Below, one piece after another: positions 1 to 11,272 of a stretch of 32,352 nt of DNA (position 1 is the stretch's first letter; every line of letters begins with the position of its first letter). Source of the DNA: Thraustochytrium aureum (lineage: Eukaryota). The DNA lies in the NCBI GenBank assembly GCA_012862495.1, contig BLSG01000210.1, forward strand, positions 17,242 through 49,593. The letters run 5' to 3'. The position numbers and the translations under genes were made by a program. Under the pieces are notes generated by a model. That model was not told where the DNA came from and did not search any database. It was given only the letters and a program-made list of their open reading frames with translations.

Positions 1-1927
1 GAGGGCTTGAAAGTCGCGTTGGGCCGTGTCACGCGCATGTCCGAGCGTTGAATCACCATCGGCGCCTTCCTCCGTCTTCGAGTCGCCCCGACTTATGGCA
101 AGCGTCGCCTCTCTTTCTTCATCGACGCTCGCCTCAATCGCGCGTCCCTCAAGTTTGCCCGTCGCTGTCTGGTCAACAACGGGGCTTGCGCTGTCATGTT
201 CTACTTCCAAAGCTGCGGCCTGGGCCTCGCCTGGGCAATCGTTTTGCAGGCTCGGCAGATTTTCACGGCAAGCCTCGACTGCCTCCCGGCTTCAGAGCCG
301 ACGGCTGGCACGGCACAAGATTCCTCGGCAGAAATGGCATTGGCCAAGCCGACTACGACAACGGAATCGGCTGCGTCACGCTCCGCCTGACTCGCCGCAG
401 CTTCACCTTCTGTCTGCCTTGCCGTAGCATCACAATCAGCGAAATCGCCAGGCGAATTGCTGCCCACGCTAGCCATGCTGCTCTCGGCCTCTACTTCCCC
501 TCGAATCGCCTCGCCTTTGGCACGCGTCTCGCTTGTGCCTGGCAAAGAGCCGGCGCCTGCCCGACCAGGCGCGGCAGCCTTCTCAGCGGCAAGCGAGCCC
601 TGGCGGGCCTCGTCAGACTGATCACTACTCGGTGGATCAGGCCCAGGCGTTTGCGGCGGTAGCTCGACAGAAGGGGCCCGGCTCTGGCCTCCGAACTCCT
701 CGGCGGACATTTTCCGAAGCCCATCCAGGGTTTTCCGGAGCGAGCCCACCTGCTTGATCTCGACGCGAAGAGCATGGATCTCTGACCGGATGAGCTCGGC
801 CTTATTGACAGTTTGGTCGCGGGCTGCGGCTGCAAGGCCTTGCGCGTATCGTAAACGAAACATCGCAGGAGGCTTGAATACGCCGGACCGGCTTGCGACC
901 CGCCACCCAATGAGCGGCGGCTCTGGGCCTGGGTCTGGGCACGGCGCAAAATAAAGGGGGCCTTCGCCATCAGCAGAAAAGACCCCCCAGCCAACGAGAG
1001 CGTTCCATGGAACATGGCGGATCTGAAACCCTGTAGACTTGTTGGCGAAAATCACGCCTTCAATGTGGACATAGCGGCCAGCGGCCTCGAGGTCCTCCAC
1101 GGTGACGAGAAGCACGGTCGCGCGCGCAGGCTGCGCGGTGTTCGAAACGGCCGCTAGGGCTGACTCTATCGCAAGTCCCGCTACCAGGGCCTTGGCAGTG
1201 ATCGCCGAGCCAGGCACCAAGGGCGCCGGGCGGTCCATCGCCGCAGCAACATCGAGGTCAAACCCAATACCGTTCAGGTCCCCGAGGAGCGCGAAAAACA
1301 TCGACCTATTTGCCTCGTTCGACCACCGGAGGAACGCCCAGTCCTCATAGAACCTCGCACCCGTCGTGCTGGCCGACTTGCTAAGGGCGCGCAAGGTGAA
1401 CTCGAGGGCGTTTTGGTTGAGCAGCTGGCGTAGCCACGCGCGGCACAGCCCGCGTGAAGTGCTACTAGTGGCATTCATACGAACAAGCAAGATACTGGGC
1501 CCAAACGCGGCCGAGTTGACGGCCTCGAGGGTGAGAATAAAGTCCCAGAAGTGCCGCTCCTCGGCCAGGACTGATGCGGCGCCTTGCTTTTGCTGAACCT
1601 GGAGAAGTGGGTTGCCCGACGCTGCCGCGTCGGCGCCCCCGCGCCGCTGCGCAGCTGCACTGGATCGCAACCCGTGCCACAAGACGAGCTCGAGCATCTC
1701 CAGCAGCGCCCGCACTTCTGGAATCGCTTCTGTGAGCTCTGGCTGCTCCTCCGCCTCGGCCTCGTGNNNNNNNNNNNNNNNNNNNNNNNNNNNNNNNNNN
1801 NNNNNNNNNNNNNNNNNNNNNNNNNNNNNNNNNNNNNNNNNNNNNNNNNNNNNNNNNNNNNNNNNNNNNNNNNNNNNNTGCCACCGCCCCCGCCGCCGCC
1901 TCCGAGCAGGCCTCCCAAGAACTCCAT
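1..1927 (-). CDS. RUN-domain protein, 3' partial; spans N-gap 1767-1878 and a probable frameshift near 285-287
   Basis: RUN-type blocks are present: LEMLELVLWHGLR, FWDFIL, RGLCRAWLRQLLNQNAL, FYEDWAFLR, FFALLGDLNGIGFDL. The frame is open up to the gap (HEAEAEEQPELTEAIPEVRALLE). Likely start is ATG 1927 (MEFLGGLLGGGG). Below about 286 an acidic frame (EAVEACRENLPSL...DTAQRDFQAL) stays open to base 1. Confidence 0.75.
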
Positions 1928-2805
1928 CCTCTGCGCCGGTCCAGCGCCCGTGTCACGAGGCCGACCTCGGCCGGCCGAGCGAGGGACTGTTTTCGAGCAG
2001 AGCCGAGTCGCAAGGCGAGGTCCTGGGCATATGCCAGGGCGCGAACGCTAAAAAAGCCAAACAAAAACAACGAAAAGAGCGCTGGCGCCGTCCTGCGCGC
2101 ACGGCCTCAAGCGCGCACAGCGGCTGCCGCAGCTGCCTGCTGCGTTGGGTGTCTGCCGCTCTCCCCTCGGCTCCCTCGGCGCCCTTCGCTCTCGCCCCGC
2201 GCGCGTTGGTTTGGCGACTGCCGCCTGCGCCTCCCCGTTGTCCTCTGCGTCGTCCCACATGAACAGGAACACGTACACACCCCTTCGCTGATGTCAGTTA
2301 ACGGAAACGAGTGCACAACGTGGACGTCGTGGGAACAGGAACGCGTGCACACCCTGTGGGACAACGGCCCGCACGCCAGGCAGACCGCTACGTTGCGGGC
2401 GCGGGCGCCCCGGCGAGCTGCTGGGCCTCCAGAGCAGTCTATCTCTCTACCAGCTCGCTCTCTAGCTGGAGCTCTCTGGAGAGAGAGTCAGGACCTGTGT
2501 GGCGCGCCTCGCGCTTGAGGATCCGGCGCCGCGCGCGGTTTGCTTGCGCTTGGGCGATCTTCGATCCGGCTCGGTCCGCACGCGTGGTGGTCGAGACTCG
2601 CTTTCGCTCCTGGGGCCCCGGGTGCCGGGCCCGGATTGCTTCGCTCCTGAGAGAGGGCCTGGGCGCTGCGCGCGGTTCGCTTGCTCCGGAGAGGATCGGT
2701 CTCGCGGCCGCCACGTCGTTCGCTTGGGCGCGTGGTGCCGCGCTCGGACCCGCCTGCCGTGCCCGAGCTCGCTTGCTGCGTGCTGTCGCACCTCCTGTGC
2801 TTAAC

Positions 2806-2830
2806 TGCCTGCCTGCCTGCCTGCCTGCCT
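2806..2830 (+). repeat. (CTGC)6 microsatellite just upstream of the CEP57-like start
   Basis: ctgcctgcctgcctgcctgcctgcct. Confidence 0.9.
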
Positions 2831-2846
2831 CCGCTTGCGCGATAGG

Positions 2847-4805
2847 ATGAACGCGCGGCTGGACCTGAGCGACCTGGACCTGTACTTGTCACGCGGGCCT
2901 CGGGCTGACGGCAAGAGGCGCGACGGCGACGGGACAGCCACGGACGCGAGGACGGCCGAGCTTGAAAGGGAGCTCGAGAGGGCCGCCGGCAAGAACAGGC
3001 AGGCGACGTGGACGCCACGCAGCGGGACCAAGATTCGGCTCCATAGATCAGGGAGCGTCGACATCTCGGTCGACTCGGACGGCGAAGAGCTTCAAGCAGA
3101 TGAAGAAGGCGCTGGGACGAGCTCTGAGGAAGATTTAGGTGCAGAGCGCGATGGCGGCGGAACGCGGCCCCACGGGGCGTGGGGCCGAAGCGCGCGGTCA
3201 GGAAGTGCTCTTGCCGATTCGTTTCTTTCGTCCATGTCCCAGCAGGAGCACCGGGTCCTCGGCGCGCAAAGCACTGGACGTACGCCGATGCAAAGGCTCG
3301 CGCAGAGCCCAACGCACCGCGCGGGAGGCAGTTTCCTCGCCCTGCAGAGTGCAAATGCCACCTCTGGACAGAGCACCGCTGTAATCGCTGCGTTCAATGC
3401 TCTTCAGGAGAAGATCCGCATCCTGGAACGCCAGTCGGACGCAGAGAGGGACGCTGCTGCCAACCTTCGCCGCGAGCTCGAGCGCTCGCGCGACAAAGCG
3501 CAGCGTCTTGGGAGCAAGCTAGCAGACAAGGAGGCCGCTGTTGCAGACCTCCGCGCGGAGCGCGGCAAACTCGAAGCCGCGCTCGAGGCGGAGAGGGCTG
3601 CCGCGCGGCGAGCCCAGGCCGACCTCGAGACGACCCAGACGCGCTTGAGCGAGTTGCAGGCCATTCTGCAGGCCGAGCAGCGCCGAGCCGCCGACCAAGC
3701 ACGTGATTGGCAGGCCAAGGAAGAGGCCGCAGACAAAGCGCATCGGAGCGAAAAGGAGAAACTGCAGACGACCGTCGCAGAGCTGCGAGGCGAGGTGGCC
3801 AGCTTGCGTCAGGAGGCGGCAGAGCGCGATGCGGCCAAGGACGCCGAGGTTCGCGCCCTCGAGTCGCGCTTAGAGGCATCTTCGCGTGAGCGCGTTCATG
3901 TGGACGAGTTTCTGCAAGGCCTCGTTGAGCTCAACCAGAGCTTGGTGGCCAGGGTGACGGCGGCCGACGCCGACCTGTCGAAAAAGAAGAGGCGGAAAAA
4001 GCCCTCCGCGCGAGCTGGCGCACAACGCCCTCTACCTGGCCAGCACACTAGGAGACGCGCAAAGCTCGCTGTCGCGCGCGCCGAAGCGGAGGGATCGCGG
4101 CGGCCGCGTACTAGCTCGCTAGACAGTCTCGACAAACAGCTCCAGAGGGCAAATCTGGGCAAGCCCGTGCCGTTCCTCCTTGGGCGCAACCCGGGCCCGA
4201 GCTTCTCTGTCTACGGGCAGACGCAGCAAGCCCTGGCCGACGACCTGGCTTACGGAGCGGCTTCGAGCCGCAGCCCAGAAACGACCTCGCCGCGGTCCCT
4301 CGGGGTGGGGGCTGGGGTTGATTTGTTCGACAAGTCTGACAGGCTGACCGCTGCGCGCAACCCGCGCGAAGCTGCGTGGCACCCGGGCGGGATCCGCGTT
4401 CACGTAACACCGACGCGAGAGGGCACGGGCAGCGAGAGCTCAACACCCTCGGCGAGTTCGGCGCGGTACGTGCAGTCACCCAGCGCCGCGAACATCGGTG
4501 CAGTTATTGATGCCCTCAAGGCCGAACTCGAGGAACTCCGAGCGTCGTACCAAGACCTGCTCGAGTCGCTCACGGCTGACGAGTTGAGCCGCGGCGTCGC
4601 GGCAGGTACGAGCCAGCGCCTCACAGAGCTCGTAGAGCGCATAGAGAGCAAGGCGCGGCAGCTCTACGCCCTTGACCGCGTCAGGTCCGCCGTTGAGAGC
4701 GAGTCACGGGACAGGGCGAGAAGTCCGGTGAGGTCGCCGCGCGCGTACGACCGCAAGGTGCGCGCTCTGCGCGCGCTTCAAGCCTTCCGGGAAGACCAGT
4801 CCTGA
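2847..4805 (+). CDS. CEP57: CEP57/translokin-like centrosomal coiled-coil protein
   Basis: Intact ORF with three CEP57-like blocks in the expected order: STAVIAAFNALQEKIRILE at the start of a long coiled coil, PVPFLLGRNPGPSFSVYGQTQQAL, and a C-terminal microtubule-binding-like block IGAVIDALKAELEEL...LTELVERIESKARQL. Confidence 0.7.
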   Translation: MNARLDLSDLDLYLSRGPRADGKRRDGDGTATDARTAELERELERAAGKNRQATWTPRSGTKIRLHRSGSVDISVDSDGEELQADEEGAGTSSEEDLGAERDGGGTRPHGAWGRSARSGSALADSFLSSMSQQEHRVLGAQSTGRTPMQRLAQSPTHRAGGSFLALQSANATSGQSTAVIAAFNALQEKIRILERQSDAERDAAANLRRELERSRDKAQRLGSKLADKEAAVADLRAERGKLEAALEAERAAARRAQADLETTQTRLSELQAILQAEQRRAADQARDWQAKEEAADKAHRSEKEKLQTTVAELRGEVASLRQEAAERDAAKDAEVRALESRLEASSRERVHVDEFLQGLVELNQSLVARVTAADADLSKKKRRKKPSARAGAQRPLPGQHTRRRAKLAVARAEAEGSRRPRTSSLDSLDKQLQRANLGKPVPFLLGRNPGPSFSVYGQTQQALADDLAYGAASSRSPETTSPRSLGVGAGVDLFDKSDRLTAARNPREAAWHPGGIRVHVTPTREGTGSESSTPSASSARYVQSPSAANIGAVIDALKAELEELRASYQDLLESLTADELSRGVAAGTSQRLTELVERIESKARQLYALDRVRSAVESESRDRARSPVRSPRAYDRKVRALRALQAFREDQS

Positions 4806-4941
4806 CGCGCAAAACCGCCTCCCGCGCATAGGGCCCGATCAAAGCCGAAACAACTAGCAAGCCAGATGAATTTGTACTACGCAGCTTTCCGGCTACTAGC
4901 TAGCTAAGTAGAGTAGTAGCGCGAAAGCGCCACCTAAGGTC

Positions 4942-7900
4942 CTACCTTGACCGCCGCCGAAGGGCCGCGATCGAGTGCCGCGCGAGCCCAGCTTCAACTT
5001 GCTCGTCCTCCTCGTCCGCCTCCGCCGCAAACCCGCCCGAGATATCTCGGTTGCCGCTGCTCGTGCTGCCAGTCTCGCTGGCCGAGTCGACCAGCCGCCC
5101 CGTTCTGCTATCCTCAGAGCTGTTGACGCTGCTTTCAGAGCTCTCACTGCGAGCCCTATGCGGCCTTATAAAGCGTGACCTGTGCGTTGCAGCGCTGGCG
5201 GTCTCCCGCGCAGCAAGGCGCCCCCCCTTGCGGACGCGGCCACCCCTATGGCGAGCAGCGTTGCCGAGGCTCTCGACCATGGCCTCTAGGGACGCGTTCG
5301 AGCGATACTCTGCTGTAAACTCGGCCGCGAGAAGCTGAACGTGGTTGCGCTTCACACGCGCGAGCTCGTCGCGCGTCCTCTCTAGGTCTGCCTCCAACTG
5401 CGCCATCGCTGCATGCTGGTGCTGCGGGACTTGCCACAACGCGTGCTCGCCAGCGCCCTCACCAATCTCGCTGGCTTGACCTTGGTGCCCTTGCTCTTGC
5501 TCGAACTGGACCGCACGCTCTTCGAGCTGGCGTGCGAACGCATCGAGCCTAGCCGCCTCGTCTGCGAGCTCGCGGTGCTGCTGCTCTAGGGCGTACCGCG
5601 CTTGACGCTGAAGGCGGGGCGAGACGCTACTCGACGGCGAGACAGAAAGCCGCTCCAGTCCTTCATCTGCCGAGCGCGGCGTTGACGATCCCACACCAGT
5701 ATCCNNNNNNNNNNNNNNNNNNNNNNNNNNNNNNNNNNNNNNNNNNNNNNNNNNNNNNNNNNNNNNNNNNNNNNNNNNNNNNNNNNNNNNNNNNNNNNNN
5801 NNNNNNNNNNNNNNNNNNNNNNNNNNNNNNNNNNNNNNNNNNNNNNNNNNNNNNNNNNNNNNNNNNNNNNNNNNNNNNNNNNNNNNNNNNNNNNNNNNNN
5901 NNNNNNNNNNNNNNNNNNNNNNNNNNNNNNNNNNNNNNNNNNNNNNNNNNNNNNNNNNNNNNNNNNNNNNNNNNNNNNNNNNNNNNNNNNNNNNNNNNNN
6001 NNNNNNNNNNNNNNNNNNNNNNNNNNNNNNNNNNNNNNNNNNNNNNNNNNNNNNNNNNNNNNNNNNNNNNNNNNNNNNNNNNNNNNNNNNNNNNNNNNNN
6101 NNNNNNNNNGCTGCTGGAGCTCCTTTGCCGCATCGGGCTTGTCGACATCGAGTGCGTGTGGCGGGCGGTGGGAGAAGTCGCGCTCGAGCTCCGACGCAGC
6201 ATTGGGCTTGTCGCAACCGCATTGCTTGGACCGTCAACCATCGGCGACGTCCCGGCTGAGCTTTGCATGTACATCGGGCTCGTGCCATGAGTGCGCTGAG
6301 CCCCAGCCAACGGCGACGTCGCGCTTGAGACTCGCCTATTTATTGGACTCGTCGCAGCAGCGTGTGTGCTTTCCATCATCGGCGAGGTCGCCGAAGCAGT
6401 GCGCCGGTGCATCGGGCTAGTAGCCGCAACGTGTACGTCGCCAGCGATCGGAGAGGTTGCTATCGAGGTCTGTCTGTGCATCGGACTCGTCGAATGCTCC
6501 CGGGCAAGCCGATCGCCGCCCATGGGAGACGTACCGGCTGACATTTGGCGATGCATAGGCGAAAGGGCAACCGTTGCTTGGCGATCTGCAAACGTGCGAT
6601 GCATCGGCGACGTCCCATGGGAAGCGTGCCACTGAGCTGGCGACAGTGAGGCGTCAGCATGGCTTGGGCCGTCAAAGTGGACCGGAGACGTGGCATGCTC
6701 CCCAGTCCACAACACTGGGGAGTTGCCAACGCTGCGAGGTGACGAATCCTCCCCGCCATAGAATTCCATCGGCGAGGTTGCTTGGTCCATATCCCACTGG
6801 GCTGGCGACACGCCGGCGCTCCGCGGCGAGTAGACTTGCTCGCGGAGCATCGGGGAGGTTGCCTGATCTCCACTCCACTGAACTGGGGAAACGGCAATAT
6901 GTCGAGGCGTCCTTGCCTCGGTGTCGGGAAAGCGCAGAGGAGACGTTGCTGCTGCCTGACGACGCGCACGATGCATAGGGGACGTTCCGGCCGTCCGAAA
7001 GCGGCCGTCGGGAAATGGACTAGATGCAGCGTCGAGTTGCGTCGGAGCCCCTGACCGGGGGCTGTGGCCCTCCCAAAAGACCCCGCTCGAGCCTATTTCT
7101 CGGAAGCCAGCAGCTTGCGAAAGCGGCGTGCTGGCGAATGAACCTGGCGCAGAGCGCCCTGGCGAGCGATGGGTCTCGAACGAAAAGGCGACACCCTGCC
7201 AGTGGACAAACGCCCGAGACATGCACACGTGCAAGTGCTTCCGAAGGGTTGCCGCGATCACGCTTAGTGCCAGATTGCGGTTCACCTTCTTGGCATCGGT
7301 GTAGTGCTCGATGAGGTCGCCCGCCGAGGCATCCAGGGCGTCCAGTTTGTCGCGTAGAAAGCGCGTTCGAGCAGAGGCTTGCGTCGCTGTTCGGACGTGT
7401 CTCAAAGCCAGGCGCATGGCGACCGCCCGCCACTGCCACCGCTCAACTGAGCAGAACAAGTTGCGCGAGGCGCGGCACTCTACCAGAGGCTGCGCTTGCC
7501 GCCCGAAGCGCAGCAAAAGCGCACCGGCCGGCCTCTGCTCGCGCGCGCTGCACGTCGCGCACAGCGAGGGCCTCGCGCAGAGCGCAAGCCGTCCACCCCT
7601 CCCGCTGCCGTTTTGCGCGCCCTTCAAGCGTTGCTTGGCGCCATTTGAACAAGGCGCGCTCCCGTAGTGTGCCGAGGCGTCGGGATTTGAGCATGGCGCG
7701 CATGATTCGCTTCAGTCGCCGATCNNNNNNNNNNNNNNNNNNNNNNNNNNNNNNNNNNNNNNNNNNNNNNNNNNNNNNNNNNNNNNNNNNNNNNNNNNNN
7801 NNNNNNNNNNNNNNNNNNNNNNNNNNNNNNNNNNNNNNNNNNNNNNNNNNNNNNNNNNNNNNNNNNNNNNNNNNNNNNNNCATGTCCTTTTGCGAGCATA

Positions 7901-10894
7901 GGGTTGCGCAGAGCCGAGACCGCGTCGATTCTAGCCCGCACTCCAGGGCAGCCTCAGAACGAGCAAGCAGCTCAAGTTGGGCTTCGCAATGGATCGAGCT
8001 TGCGCGGTAGTGGCAGAACCGCCTTGCGTCGAGACAGCGAAACGCAACCCTCAGTGCTGCCTTGCGGAGGGCCCGAAAAATGCGTTGCACCGCATGTGGT
8101 ACAGCGTGCGCCTCGTGCTTCCACTGGAGGAATCGCTCGCGCACTGCGCACGTGCTTCGGAGGCTTTGCAGCCTTCGCTGCGCAGTTGCGATCAGCCGAC
8201 ATGCGCGCGCGCGAGCGCGTCCCTCCCTCGCGTTGCTTTGCAGGTGGACAAGAGCCCGCGAGCAGCTTCCCATGAGTCGAGCTCGGCTCACCAGGTGAAT
8301 GGTTCTCGCGGCGGAGAGGTACGCCACCTCGATCAGCTTGTCGGACATTTCGTCCAGAACCAGCCTCTTCGATGCATCGCCTGCTGCCCCCCACCAGCGC
8401 CGCAATGCCTGCCGAAGCGTCCTTGTGCGGTAGCGAGCGAACGTGCGCTCTATTGCGCGCTCGCGGAGCACACCTCCAGCCCACTTCCGAAGGCTCTGGC
8501 GCTTCGCCGCCCTGCTCGCGACGGCAACGATGCATCTCGCGCCATGCTGTGTGCGAGCAGCGAGCCGCAGGGCTCGCATGCTTTTGCAAAGTAGCAACTT
8601 GCGCAAGCCCTTCTGCTGCTTGGCTGCGCCGGCCCATACTCTGAGGGCCCGCGACAGCCTTGCCGATCGATCAGTCAGCACTTGGAACACCCGTGAAAGA
8701 GCTCCGGCTCTCACCATGCTTTGTTTCCGAGCGCGCCGAAGTGCGCTCATTGCACTGCCCATCATTCGCAGGGACCATCTTTGCGCGCAGGCGTTGAGGC
8801 ACCCAACGCCTCTCGCGCGGCGCAGCAAGACATGTACTCTCGATTCGGCGCCAAGCGCCGCGCGGGAGGCCTCCTCGCAGGTCTGCAATGCGGCGCTTTC
8901 GGCGTTTGACGCTCGAGTCCAAAGGCAATTGCGCAGCCACAGACCGAGAGCAGCTCTGGTCTGGCTGCGCGCCTTGTTGTGCACGATCCTGCCAAGGCAT
9001 TTTTTGATTCGCGCGGTGCGCTGGAGGTGCCTCACGGCGCGCTGGAGCTCGGCTCGGCGACGAACAAGAGCAATCCGTCTCAAGGCAGCCCGGACTGCTA
9101 CTCGAGAGCCTGCAACGCGGCTCCAGTTCTCAAAGGCCGACTTCTTGAGCCGATTCTCGCGCCTTGGCCTAAACGTCTGCGCAACGACGCGGCAATGCCA
9201 CGCGTGCGTCTTGAGAGCCACCGCGGTAGCCCGGAGGCGCTGAAACGCAGCGCGCTGGTCAGCGCGATGAGTTAGGCGCAACACGTGAGCCAGGCTGCGC
9301 GCACGGGCTCGCGAAGCAGCAACGTGGCCTCGCAGTTGCTCGAAAGCGCGCCGCTGTGCGCGCCGGCGGACAAGCTGGCCTGCTCTGCGAAGCGCCACTC
9401 TGCAGAGCAACTTGAGCCGACTAGAGTAAACCTCTCCGCTTTCAACAATGGTGCGCGTCATTTGCCGAAGCTCCGACACAGCGCCCTCTGCCGCGCGCAC
9501 GCCACTCGCGCACCGCCAGGACTCCCACGCTTTTCGAAGCCGCGTTGCTCGATCCTTGCGCAGGGCCTGGTCAATCGCCCACGCAACTGCTATGTGAACG
9601 TAGTACTTGTGCGCTACTTGCTCTGCTTGGCGCTTGGCTTGCTCGGCAGCGGCAACTTGCGCCAGAGCCTTGTCGCGTTCGTCAGCGCCCCGCTGCCGTT
9701 GCGTCTCAAGCTCTTGCTGGTGCTCCCGCGAGATGGCATCGATGCGAGCAAATGCGCCTCGAACCTCTTCGCGCGCCGCGTGAAGTTGAGAAAGATACTC
9801 GCGCCGCTGCCGAAAGAGCGTGCTCTCCTCGCTTTCGAGCACGACGAGATTGGTCTGTTCGTTCTCTTGGTCCGCCTCTGCCTGGCGACAGAGCGCCCCC
9901 TTGGCTCTCAAAAGCAGGCCCTCGAGCTCACGGATGCGTTCATGCGCCTTTCCTAGCGCGAAGATGGCCGGTTCAACGCCCCCGGCCGGCGTTGAGAAGC
10001 AAGGTACGAGCCCGGCGTCCCGCCTGGCAGCGACCTCCAGCGCCTCTGCCCTTGCTTTCCTCCCGCGGATCCTCGCAAACGCCTTGGCCTGCGCGATCGC
10101 CTCTGCAATATCTCTAGTCCTTGCCTTCTTCTCCCGATGCCGGCGCCCGGCGCGGCTCGAGTCGGCGCGCGACGACGCGAGGCCATTCGGGTCCATTTCG
10201 TGTTCCTCGCCGTCCTCNNNNNNNNNNNNNNNNNNNNNNNNNNNNNNNNNNNNNNNNNNNNNNNNNNNNNNNNNNNNNNNNNNNNNNNNNNNNNNNNNNN
10301 NNNNNNNNNNNNNNNNNNNNNNNNNNNNNNNNNNNNNGCTGGAGGGTCTCTGCCGAGGCGGCAGTTATGTCCGGTGGGCTGGGATGCCTTGGGGGCCATG
10401 GAGGACAGACAATACAATTCCGCGCGGCTTGCAGGCTCAAGCGGCTCGGCCGGAGCTGTCCATGTGCATAGCTGGATACGCCAAGGCCCTTGCAGGTGGG
10501 CGGGCAGCAGCAGCGGACGGCGGGCCACGTTGCTGTGTCGGCTCCAGCGAAGGGCTGCCCTGCCGGCCAAGACTCAAGCTGGCCTCCGGGATCAGGCAAC
10601 ATTCTTCTCCGGCCTATGACAGCTCGTCGAGCCCTTGGCGGCAACAGCAACGCCGTCCCTGATGCGCGCCTTCGATGCCAAGCGCCGCGGAGAGCGTGGC
10701 GGAGATGGCGTGCGCTCCTCACTGGCGTGAATACCACGAACCCGTTCCAGCGTCACGGCCAACGCAGCGTCGGCCGCCCCGCAACCAGCAGAAAAGGCCC
10801 CGGCGGCATACGAGGCGCCATGACAGCAGCCACCGCAGTGCAACGTGCGCGCGCGGTCGGCATCGTGCGGCGCGGGCGCGGCCGAATTCGGCAT
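4942..10894 (-). CDS. Large Sfi1-like (centrin-binding-type Trp repeat) protein with TSP repeat array and C-terminal coiled coil; broken by 3 gaps and frameshifts
   Basis: ORFs 7443-10196, 5663-7627 and the 4942-5704 segment are collinear on the minus strand. Recurrent basic helical repeats end in F/L-x-x-W (LRKAWESWR, KKSAFENWSR, RAALGLWLR, LSRALRVWA, LRQALRRWW, RERFLQWK, MSRAFVHWQ). Stop TAG is at 4942-4944. The frame is open to the gap at 10218; the start at ATG 10894 (MPNSAAPAP) is tentative. Confidence 0.55.
6110..7030 (-). repeat. Coding tandem peptide repeat, about 24 copies of x-[AGS]-T-S-P-[MILV]-like motifs, mostly 11-15 aa apart
   Basis: Examples: DQATSPM, EHATSPV, SIATSPI, VAATSPM, SSATSPL, AVATSPM. 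The DNA is diverged between copies. The array runs into gap 5705-6109. Confidence 0.9.
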
Positions 10895-11272
10895 GGCACT
10901 CGCTTGGCACAGTGGCACTCGTGTCGATGTCAGCGAATCACAGTTTGTTCCTTTTGCCTTTCTTGAAAGAAACAACAGCAAAACCGCGACGGTTTGGACC
11001 TCCTCGAGCGCGTTCGTGCGCAGCAGCAGACACGCAACGCGGCGGCGGCGGCGGCGGCGGGGCGGGGCGGGCGCGTACGGCGGCGGACGCTGCGTCCAAG
11101 GCTGCTCGGGACGGCCATCTTGCGGCGCCTGCGCAGTGCCCAGCTGGGCTTGCCCGCAGGCTGGTGAGGTGGACGCAAAAGTCCGGTTGTCCGGTGGGCG
11201 GGCGTCCCGCGAACGCCGAGGCGAGCAAGGAGGGAGCGCGCGCAGCGGCGGCTGCGGCACTGGCGGACGACG

